Shown in pieces: positions 53,140-64,000 of a stretch of 64,000 nt of DNA. Numbering within the stretch: position 1 is the stretch's first letter; each line of letters starts with the position of its first letter. The translations under genes were made by a program, and so were the position numbers. The notes beneath the pieces are model-generated. The model had not been told where the DNA came from. It worked only from the letters and a program-made list of their open reading frames with translations, and did not search any database. Source of the DNA: the human T2T-CHM13v2.0 reference genome, Homo sapiens. The stretch is from NCBI RefSeq assembly GCF_009914755.1, contig NC_060925.1; one strand, 5' to 3'.

Positions 53140-56100
53140 TCCAGGCTACTGCAGACCTTGAATGACCACCTAGGATTGAACACGTGAAAGAAAACAAAAC
53201 GGTGCCAGTGAATGTTAACACTCAGATCCAAGCCCTTTATTCTATTTGCTTTATAGGATTGAATGTCCTCGGCTCTTCTTGAGCTAGCCTTTTCCTCTCA
53301 GTGTGTGGTATGTTTTCTAAGCAATAGGTCAAGAAATGTTACAACACATAAGACTATAATGCGATTCAGATGTAACTTCAGAAATTAAGACAAGGTAAGG
53401 ATTCATAGCCCTGAAAAAGACCAGGAAATATACTGGCTTAACTGACACAGGGGATTCTAGTGCTTTAAAAAAGGCAGGCAGTCCATCCTTCAATTAAGGA
53501 GGGATAAGGGATGAGTCATGGGACTTGAATGTAAGGATTCGAGTAAAATGCCACCCTTACTCATTAAAGTGTCCATTAGATGAGGCCATTTCTGTTTGAG
53601 CAGCTGGACTTCAGTTTCACTGCAAAAATCGCTGCACCTCTACCAACCTGCATCCAAGAAAACATGGATCACAAGCAGTCAGCACCAAACACATCCCAAG
53701 GGAAACCGAATCTGAGGACACATCAGATACCGTCCCACTCCACACCACTCTGGAGTGACAGCTGCCATCGCGTCTTGAGCTCCCTTGCTCTTCTGCAGTG
53801 ACATTTCCTGGCTTGTCTGCTGACTTCACACCCAGAAAATCTGACTCAAGGCATGAAAGAGATAACTCAGCCCAGCTTTGCCCAGGCATGCAGCACATGC
53901 AAATCCTAGGTAACCTGAGGCGAAGAGCTGGAAATGAAGAATTTACTTCCATGAGTGTGTTTGTCAGGGGGCTTTGTGCTGTTTTAGCTACTTCCTGTGC
54001 ATGGCTTTAACTATCTTAGTCCCACATGGGCTCCTATTATGCAGTAACACATATGACTTATGGGGAATGCTGGAATGCCATCAGGGTGGTTAACTCTAAT
54101 GAAGGGCTATTTGACAGGGATTTTCGAGCTTATGTTAAGGAGTTTCATCTAGCTCTTTCATTATCTCAGGAGGAAAGGTCAGGAGAGATGAAAACCTGCT
54201 GTCCTTTCTAAAGTCACTTGGTTCTCATATAATTATATTTCAGAATATTCCCAGTCTTTTAGTGTTTCTTCTTTTAAGGTTGATTTGATAATGACAACAT
54301 GAACAAAATAAAAAGTCTGCATTGGGGAAATTTACTCTGGAGCTAACGAGAGACCCACAGAGAGCATCTGTCTCTAGAGACCCAGAACATTGTGAGTAAT
54401 TAGAAATTCCAGAGATGAGGGCAGACATTTTTCCTTCTCAATCACCACACAATCACCGCACTTCTCAATCTTTAGCAAGAGACTTAACCTCTCTGCCCCT
54501 CAACATCTTCTTTCAAAAATCAAAACGTTATACCCTCCATATTGGATTATTGAGAGGGTTAAATTGAATGAGCATTTAGCACAGTGCCTGGCATCTAGTT
54601 GGTGCTACATAAATATCAGCTATTCTTATTAATATCATTAAAGACATTTGGCCAGAATCAGGCAGCTAGTTACTGGCAGATCTGGGTGCAGAAGAGAAAG
54701 TGATGCCTCCTGTTCATCCCATGCCCCCATCTGGCCCTCTCTGGCAGGAAGAAATCGCCGCTTTGTGTCCCAGTCGTGATTGGAATGGCTGGCCATGCAC
54801 ATGCTCAGTGGAACTGAGCAATTGTAGAACGCTCAGCCTGCAGCTGTGGGGCGATTATCTGCAATCATTTGCCAACAAAGATGCTGAGTAACAAACTGAA
54901 ACGTTTGTTTTTGAAATATCCATTTTCTTCAGCCATGTCGCAGTCAGAGGGAGGAAGCTGCTCCAGCTATGGCTGTGTTCATCAGGGTGCTGCAATGTTT
55001 AGCTATCACGAAAACTTGCCAGGCACTGTAAAGTTAATAGCATCTTTGCTTAAGTAATTGCTGCCTTGCAGAAAAAGTGAATCACAAGGAGAATACAACA
55101 TGGATGGTATCCTCATGATCAAATTTATACTTGGTTATCCAGGGATTTGGGACAAGTTTAGGCATCTGCTGGATTAACTTCTTGAGGTCTTAGGAGTATT
55201 TCTATCCGTGGGGCTGTCCCAGTGTAGGCACTTAATGAATGTTTATTGAAAGGAATTGAAGACTCTTCCCACAGCTGCGCCAGTTTATTCAACCCAAGTA
55301 AATCATTATTTCATGTTATACTGGGAAATAACAAGTGGTCCCAATTCACCTTCTTGGATAACTGGGTGAGCCTCCCTTTCACTTTGGCTATGTAGTGTTT
55401 TATTTAAGAAGGAGAGTGCCACACTGGTGGGCTGACAGGTGCGCCACAGAGGAACTAAGAATCTAAGACCCTCGTTCCACCTTCTTTATGAGCACTAAAA
55501 GTGTACATAGGTGTTGTGCAAAACAGACATCCTCCTTACTTCCAGCTTGTTCATTTTTCTTGTCCAGAATTTCCTTGGAGAAGGCTATACTCCAGCCCAG
55601 CCGCTGGTTATGTTGTGCAATCCACTGGGATGGCAATCACCTCATTGTTTAGTTACAACCCATGAAAAGATGAAAAAAAGAAAGAAAAAAACACAGCACA
55701 CATACAGAATGAGGGTGGAGACTGCACGGTGATAATGGAAACCATTTGTTAGCATTTCACTTCTTTCTTTGTGAATCAGCCGAGTTTCTGGCAGCAGGCC
55801 TCTGTCTGTAAAGGAAGCTGCACCTCAAAGGCCCTCCAGGGACTCTTTCTGCCTTGTCTGGTCTAGAGAGTGTCGCCTTTTGTCCCCGGGAAGGTGGGCG
55901 CTAGACTGACTGCCACAGCTCCCTCTGCGCCGCAGCCACCAGGCCTGGCTCCAGCTCTCACCTTTTGTCCCAGGGCCACGTACCTATCCTGTGTGGTTGT
56001 GCATTGGCAGTTACTTTTAAGCTCTGCCTAAACCACAGTTTGGTCTCGTGTGTGTGAGGATGCTTTTCCCCTTTGTCATCTCCCTGTATTGTGTCCCCTC

Positions 56101-56532
56101 ATCTGTGTCCACCACTTTCAGCCCTGCTTTCTTTTTAGCTATTTCAACTTTTCCTTCTTTCCACAGACCTGATTCCTGTATTCTCAAAATAAGGCTTCAA
56201 ACTTTGGAGGAATAAAAAACAAAAATAAATTAAAATTTAAGAAATAAAAAACCCCAACAAACAAACACCAAAAATTTCACAACCAGTAGAACACTGTGTA
56301 TCTGCCTGAGCATGTATGTTTTGCCTGCACTGTCCCAAACAGAAGAATCACTTCAAAAGGCACATGTGATGTTTATGGGCAGAGACCAGTACCAATGCTC
56401 TCTGTGCACCTGTGTTCATTAAGTCCCAGGACCTAAGTGCTCTCCCTCTCTGCTCACTTCTGAAATCTATCACAGCGTTTAGATAGGTCAAGTATAGAAT
56501 TTAGATCCATAGAGCATGGCAGCATTATCTTC

Positions 56533-56895
56533 AACAACCACCACCACCCCTACCGCCACCACTGCCTCCACTTCTTCCATTACCATCACTACCATCACCT
56601 CCTCCAACACCATCATCACCACTACTTTCTCCATCACCATCATCACCACTACTTTCTCCATCACCATCACCACTACTTTCTCCATCACCATCACCACTAC
56701 CACCTCCTCCGTCATCATCATCACCACCATCCTCCCCAACACTTCCTCACCACCAACATCCTACCACCACCACCAGCATTACCACTTCCAACATATTGCC
56801 ATGATTACCATCCCCACCATCAACACTGCCATTACTATTACTAACATCATCATCATGATCACCACCATCATCACCATCATCATCATCCCCATCAC
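56533..56895. repeat. Degenerate (CAC/CAT)n trinucleotide low-complexity tract
   Basis: Read directly; includes three copies of catcaccactactttctccatcac. Confidence 0.9.
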
Positions 56896-57320
56896 TTCCA
56901 AAGGGTTAAAGAACTTTGGAGTCATGGAAGTTTGACCAATGTTCTCCAAGACCTCCTCATAGGCCATCAGTAGAATCACCAGAGGCAGAAGATAGCTGAG
57001 CCTTGAGGTCATTTAGTCTCTTATGGAGTAGTTAAATGAATTGTGTAGGTCCATATAACCTCCAACTGAGTGGTGAATAGAGTGGGGTCTAGAAATCAAT
57101 ATTCCTGATTCCCCATATATTTCATTATACTATTTTCTAGCACTCATTCTGGGGCTGTTTTTTTCCTTTCTTTCTCCTGAGATTTTTCTTTTCTTTTGTC
57201 AGCTTTGTGTTTCCAATAATGTTGGTTATAAAATTTTTCAGTTTAGACCTTGATAAATCTTAGAATTATCTCAAAAGAGCAATACCTGTAATGGTCACAA
57301 GAACATTTATATATAGATAG

Positions 57321-57660
<340 letters not shown>

Positions 57661-60600
57661 TAAAACCAGGTAAGGAATTATGTACCTTCGTCCTCCAAAA
57701 TGAGGCAGGCTCTTCCATTTGCCTGATGCAATCTATTAAAGGTAGGTGCACAATTTTTGCAGACCATGTTGAGTTTTTCAATTTCTTCACATCTGAAGAC
57801 AAGTGGACTTTGTGCTTAGGCCTCCAAAAGAAGGGAACACCCTTTCTGACCTCGCCTCTCAGCCTCCAGAAGGAGGCACCCCTCTGGCTAGTCCAATTCC
57901 ATGGCAGCAACGACTCCCACTTGTAAGAGAGGAGTTCTGGGAGTTAAAGGCCAGGCCCTGAGCATAGCTGTCTCCTGGCCCTTCCACCCCAGCGGGAGAA
58001 GTGGCAGGACAGCTGTCTGAGGAGGAGGCCTAGACAGCTTCTTTTTTCCTCAGCCACTGGTTCAGACTGAGTGGGGAGCTCCTAGTGACTGCTGGGTCAC
58101 TAGGCTAAGTATGCCAAAATTGTGAGTTTGAGTTTGGGTTTGTGGGAAGAAAAGGCAGGGATAGGATAGAAATCCCCAAGAGTCCTCTTCGGCCTCCACC
58201 TTAGGCTGTAATAGAAGTATTAATAAGGATAGAATGACCTATATTTTATGTATGAAATTAAATGTAATATAATATTGTGTGTTAAAATATGTTAGTTAGT
58301 CCATTAGCATAAACTGTGGGTTAGAAAAGAATACAACTACTACCACTAATACTCAATAACATGTATTATGTATTATGTACCAGACACTATACTAGCACTT
58401 TATATATATTTGTTTCCTTTTAAAATACTCATTAAAAATCTTTTGAGGTTAGTAACCTCTTCATTTGACAGATAAGGAAACTTTACCTCAGTAGTGCTGT
58501 GGGGAAGTAGAAGGTCACACTGTTGAGTGGGTGGCATGATGGACAACAGCCCAGGTCCCTTGCTCTGCAATTCACTCCTTTTTAACCCTACTCTGCACTG
58601 CTCAAAAAACTGATCAATTCAAGGGAGCAACAGTTCCACCCTCTGGGTTTTGTTCTGAGTGTTGATTTCCGCTTCCATGATATGGATAATGTATAGGTGG
58701 GATTCTGTGCATCTTCTATGCTTGAACATACCTGATTGCTTTTAAAAAATCAGCACACCCTTTTGAGTTTGTAAAATATCTTGGCTTCTCTACTTATCTG
58801 TCATGACATTCTCTTTGTTTATACCCTTGAGGGAGCTCCCTCCTCATGAAGTAATCTAACCACCAAGGAAGAGATTTTGGAAGGACCCACTAATCTGATA
58901 GAAATGTAGCCATGAAAGATAGATGCTTAGAAATGTGAAGTTGTTCCTTACTGAGAAATTTATAGAAATAGAATGTGGCTATTCTATTTAATTTTATGCA
59001 TTTTGGATAAGACTTACTCTTAATTCTGAGACTGTGAAGAAAAACTGCAGGCAAGACAGAAACTATTCACTCTGGGCTGAGGATGTGATTCTCTGTTGAT
59101 TGGTTTTTTGGGTGTGAATACCAAGCCAGAGGCCGATGGAGCCAAATGGAAACTGTTAATATTTCCATTCATGGACATGCAATAGCAAACCATCTCATAC
59201 ATTTACAGGAAAGCATCAAATATAATATCTTTGTTGAGCTTAAACAAAACTAGAGTAAAATTCCAGTCGACAAGAATAGAAACTTACCCTAATGATTTCA
59301 TTTTTAGTCCAAAACATACAGTGTTTTCTCTGCTTGGTCTGTTTGTCACTTTCTAAAACAAGAAATTACCAAGCAAAGACTATGGTTTGAGGGACGAGTG
59401 GAAAGCAATAAACATTGAGCAGAAATGCAAAGAGATCGAATGTCAAGAGTCCTTGGTGGATGAACATTCAGAAGTGGATTCAATTTGTGAATTGTTGACT
59501 TTATTTCCCAGAATTCATGTGAGTTGCTCAATCAGGATTCAATTGTCCAGGCTTCATGCTCTCAGCAGTGAGTGCTTCATATAACAGAAGTAAATCACAA
59601 GGCAAAAAAGAAGAGGTTGAGTTACCATCAGTGGTATGTTGTTTGTTTGTTTTAGGCAAGACATTTGCTTTCATTTTTAGCAGGTGAAATGGTCTCTTTC
59701 TAGAATAATAAAAATCTCACACTACAAAAAACATAGCCAGAAGAGAAAGAACCATCTTCTGATTTGCCATAGTGAGTTGAGTAGATAGCTTAATATTAGG
59801 AATTATGTTGCTATGTATACAGCAAATTGGTGGTTTTCATTGCAAGCACTGGGTGCAACTCTGGAAGTTGCTCTAGCCCACCAGCCCATTGCCTCTAGAA
59901 ACTCTCTTTAAAAGAGATAAAGCCACCATCTTCTTTTAGCTTCTCAAGAATAGTGAGTATGATGGTGCAAATTAGAGGAAGGCTCTTCATCAGTGAACAA
60001 TGGCTGTCACCTACAGGGTAACAGTGACATTTTGCAGACACATCAGAAGGGCACACCATGGCCATTAATTATGCAGTTTGGCCCTATCACCACTGGGCAC
60101 TATGGGGTATCTGACAATATTGGTACCGATGATTGATGGCCCTGGCCCTGATGCTGGATCTGCTGATTCCCGTTAGGAGCCATCCTGGGGCTAAGCCCAG
60201 GTCAGGGACAGAGGGAGAAATGGCTGTGTCATTTTCCATCAGCTTGGAGCTTGTTGAGTGTGGTGGCATGAATGGATGAGTCCTGAACAGATGGAATGAG
60301 ACCACCCCAAAACCTATAGGCACTGGAACAAACTAAGTGAGCTGGGATTTGTCTTACCCTTAGGAAACCTGATGCTATTTGTAGAGGAAAACTGAAATAG
60401 TAGGAAGAGAACATTGGAGCTATAGTGGGATACAATTGAGAGAGGAGGGGAGTAAGAGAATGAGAGCAAAGAGTAAATGAGAAGTGGGGGAAGCAGGAAA
60501 ACAACAGAGGGGAGTGGAGAAAGCAACGGAGGGTGTGGAGGGAGATCCAGAGGGCAAAGGAGCAATGTCAGCAAGAGAGAGTGAAGCTGAGAGAAAGACC

Positions 60601-61499
60601 AGAGAAAGAGACAGAGACTGAGAAAAGACTTTGAAGATAATCTCAACCTCAGCTCTGGTGAGGAGGAAGAAATCACTGCACAAATCACAAGCAGACTTAC
60701 AGTACTCAGCTTGTGCTGGTGAGATGTGATTCCTGAATTTCCCTAGAGAAAAAGTCCAAGGAATAGGTAATCATAGCCATTTTATAATAAGCAACAACTC
60801 TACCAAAAGAACCCAGATTTCACTGAACTGGCTTCTGGTAGTCCTACAAGATTATTCATGCTGATGTTTCAATTTAGTCTATTAGAATATGATTTCTGCT
60901 GGAAACATTTCAAATATAAGCTCAAACCCAGTGATAACATTGCCTTGGCAGAATGATACAGTGATTTCATCTCATAGGTTAGGATAAGGCCATTTCCAAA
61001 GGCTCACAGCATCTCCAACACAAAAGTCCTTCATTGCAGGGCCACTGGGCTGGGTGTGCCAGACTGTCTCTTAAAATAAATGAGATTGTATGACCTCACC
61101 ATTATCAGATTCAGAGAAAATGCCTTGGAAAAGAAATTGTGAGTAGAAAGGACACAAGGACAACATTAGGGGAATTGGGGTTTCCCATTGATGCTTGGAT
61201 CCAGCTGGAGTTAGTTACAGTATAAACTTTGTTTAATCACATTCTCTGTCATTAATAAAACCCCAAACCAAATACAGAGATAGATGATGATGTACTTGGA
61301 TTTCACATTGAGTTTGCATCATTGCTTTACCAGGTACCATCCATAAATCTGGGATGCAGGCTGCTGGAGCTGGGGCTGCAGAGAGGCTGTCTCAGGGATG
61401 TGCTTCCACTATTCCTCTGTGCCACTGCCATGCCCCTGTCACTGCTGTGCAGTTGGTCAGTGAACAGGCTGATGAAGGCTATAGGCTCTGCCCAAGACC

Positions 61500-61830
61500 C
61501 ACAGTCATTCTCTTCCCAGAGTGGCAGGTGTTAAAGGCAAACCAGGAAGGTGAGGCACCTGAAAAACCACACCATAACAAAAATGGGTTGGATGAAGTAG
61601 GGATGTTAGAACTTCAGGAAGGCTTTCACAGGGAGTCTGAGAAGAGCTGCTCTCCGTCATTACAGGAAACACAATGGGCAGAACTGGAAGAGAGGCAAGT
61701 GCTACTTCAACATGAGGTTTCTAATGATATTCAACTAAAAAAAATGGGCTGCCTGTTGTGGTGGAATTCTCTGTCATGAGCAGTGTTCAATTCAGTATGA
61801 ATGACTGTCATGGCCTTTTGTTATAAGAGG
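61500..61830 (+). mobile_element. L3/CR1 3' fragment
   Basis: gggttggatgaagtagggatgttag...aatgggctgcctg..tggtggaattctctgtcatgagcagtgttcaa resembles the L3 3' region. Confidence 0.5.
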
Positions 61831-62610
61831 ATTAAACTTGTGTAGATTCAATTATATGTAATCAGAAAAAAATAAAAAGAGAGAAAAAGGAAGCAATGAA
61901 GGAGGTAAAGAAGAAAGGAAAGAAGGGAGGAAAGAAGACAAAGTGAGAGAAAGAAAGAGTGAAAATGAAGAAGCACTTAAAGAGTAAGGGTGATTCTTAG
62001 TGTCATTCCACAAATGAGTATGTGAGGCTGAGACTTGAATATACCATTCGTCAGTCAGAGTTGGTTCCCATTCAACTTTCATTCTGCATGATATTGGTGT
62101 TAAAGATTTGTGTTTTTAAAAGGTAAATTTGGTTATAGTTCAAAGGCCTTTCAGACATTGATTTTAGAATGCAGCCCCTGTATGTGATCAGTTAGGCTCC
62201 ATTTAACAGGAATGCTAGACAGTCCTATTGGCAAGGAGGGAAGATAGGTGATCTTTAGCAGAATGACGTGGAGAAGGCTGCTGGGATACCTGAAGCAATA
62301 AGGTAGCCTTTGAGCCATTCTTTGCACTCTAATAAGACCCCTTTGTTATGCTGGTTAGAATTACTCATCTGACTGCCTTAGGGCAGTCTAGTACCTGCTT
62401 ATTTAGCAAGCCAGGACTTGGTAATATGAGAATAAAACTACTTTTAAATAGATGCATATATTAAATACAGACACAGGGGAATAAAGACTAGAAGGAAATA
62501 TAATATGTATTAGCAGTAGTTGAATTAGGAGATTATGGGTGATTTTTGTTTTATTCTTTATATCGTTCTATATTTTATAAATATTTTGAAATAAACTATG
62601 AATAGCTTTT

Positions 62611-62980
62611 AAAATTATTATTATACTTTAAGTTCTGGGGTACATGTGCAGAATGGCAGTTTTGTTACATAGGTATACACGTGCCATGGTGGTTTGCTGC
62701 ACCCATCAACCTGTCACCTACATTAGGTATTTCTCCTAATGCTATCCCTCCCCTGGCTCCTGACTCCCTGAAAGGCCCTGGTGTGTGATGTTCCCCTCCC
62801 TGTGTCCATGTGTCCTCCTTGTTCAACTCCCACTTATGAGTGAGAACATCAATGACAGACTAGATAAAGAAAATGTGGCACATATACACCATGGAATACT
62901 ATGCAGCCATAAAAAAGGATGAGTTCATGTTCTTTTGCAGGGACATAGATGAAGCTGAAAACCATCATTCTCAGCAAACT
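62611..62980 (-). mobile_element. 5'-inverted (twin-primed) truncated L1PA
   Basis: 62611-62849 is an antisense L1PA 3' end and 62850-62980 is the adjacent L1 segment in opposite orientation; TSD aaactatg(a/g)atagctttt. Confidence 0.9.
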
Positions 62981-64000
62981 ATGGATAGCTTTTGTAAACA
63001 GAATCATGTATTTTAAAATAATTTGACAATATTATACTTAAAACTGTAGAAATGCCCATTGTTTTTAACCTACTAATCTCACTTTTGAGGTTTTATCCTA
63101 AGAAAATGTCCTGAGAAGGAAAAAGCTATGTGTATGACTTTTTTCCTGCTACTAAATGATTTATAATTGCAAAGTCAGAAACCAAGTGTTCCTCAATAAA
63201 GGGATAATTAATTAGTTGCTTTGTGGAAAATCTTCTGCAAGAATTTCTATGCAGTCATTAAATATGAAAACTGTGAAGACAGTAAGAATCAAGGACAATG
63301 CTGTGATCTAGTGCAGTATGGGGGCAAAAGAGATTAAGGAGAATACGCATGAAATTGTTGCAGCCAAGGGAAATCACATGTATGTGGGAACCAGGCCTGG
63401 AAGTAAATATGTAAAATGAAAACAGTTGTATTGAGTGCTAGAACTTTGGGTGATCTCCTTCCTCTCTTTCCCAATTTCCAAATGGCTGGTAATGTTGTTA
63501 TAATGCCTTTATAATGAACATAAGGTCCATAAGCCCTTCCATATGTCCTTTCTGTAAATCCTTCAGGTTTAGGACTATACCAGATACATTTTCATGTTAC
63601 TGTTCCCACCATGGTGCTGAGCCTGGGCCTTTTCAGGGGCAATCAGTGTTGCTCCAGTCAGTGTTGCTGAGAAAGAAACCAGGTCTATTGGATGGCTTGG
63701 GGGTGTGGGTAAGAAACATGGTCAACCCGTGAGCAGGCCCTATGTTTGGTCAAGTTACAGTCTTACCATGTTGGACAGAGAATAATAAACTGATAAATTT
63801 GTCCAATGTGTGTGGACATATTCCCTGTAATTGGAAGTTCTTGGGCATGAAATGCTAAGGGTTGAGAACTCAGATTCTCCTTTATTTATTGTTGACTCAG
63901 GCTGTTCTGTTCTCCAAAGCTCACATAAGGTTTGTATATATGACAGCTTTTGATTATCTGTGCTATGGAAAGAAAAATAGGAAAGAATCCAGCAAGCATA

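Noticed and set aside
55885-55905. CTCF-like motif ccgggaaggtgggcgctag (similar partial matches near 36530-36645)
   Set aside because: Spacing deviates from consensus; cannot be supported without a PWM scan or ChIP data.
56488-57012. Thr/Ile-rich mucin-like and Val/Met-rich ORFs
   Set aside because: Translations of the (CAC/CAT)n low-complexity tract.
60229-60688. Leu/Ser/Phe-rich membrane-like ORFs
   Set aside because: Produced by a purine/pyrimidine strand-biased tract; no splice or homology support.

Overview
Mammalian (almost certainly human, chr1p13) genomic DNA containing the 3' part of NGF (beta-nerve growth factor) on the minus strand. It holds the 124-nt penultimate exon (46791-46914) and the terminal exon (about 39082-39972) with the whole 241-aa prepro-NGF CDS (39235-39960). 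Exon 1 lies beyond the right edge, so about 46.9-64 kb is intron. The left 36 kb is repeat-rich downstream sequence (ERVL/LTR16, L1M, MaLR LTRs, LTR8, L3/CR1, MIR, L2, Alu). A GC/CpG-rich block at about 36.1-37.3 kb plausibly marks the start of an antisense lncRNA (NGF-AS1). The most notable items not explained by standard annotation: (1) a non-Alu inverted repeat with about 340-bp arms (51435-52280) in the NGF intron, able to form a long dsRNA hairpin; (2) a 5' leader with reading potential in all three frames, including a 31-codon spliced uORF whose stop overlaps the NGF start codon (TAATG); (3) a 10-bp perfect hairpin just past the exon 2 donor; (4) a textbook twin-primed inverted L1. Almost all other ORFs in the track are judged non-coding. 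Repeat family names come from recognising consensus sequences by eye and need RepeatMasker/Dfam confirmation.
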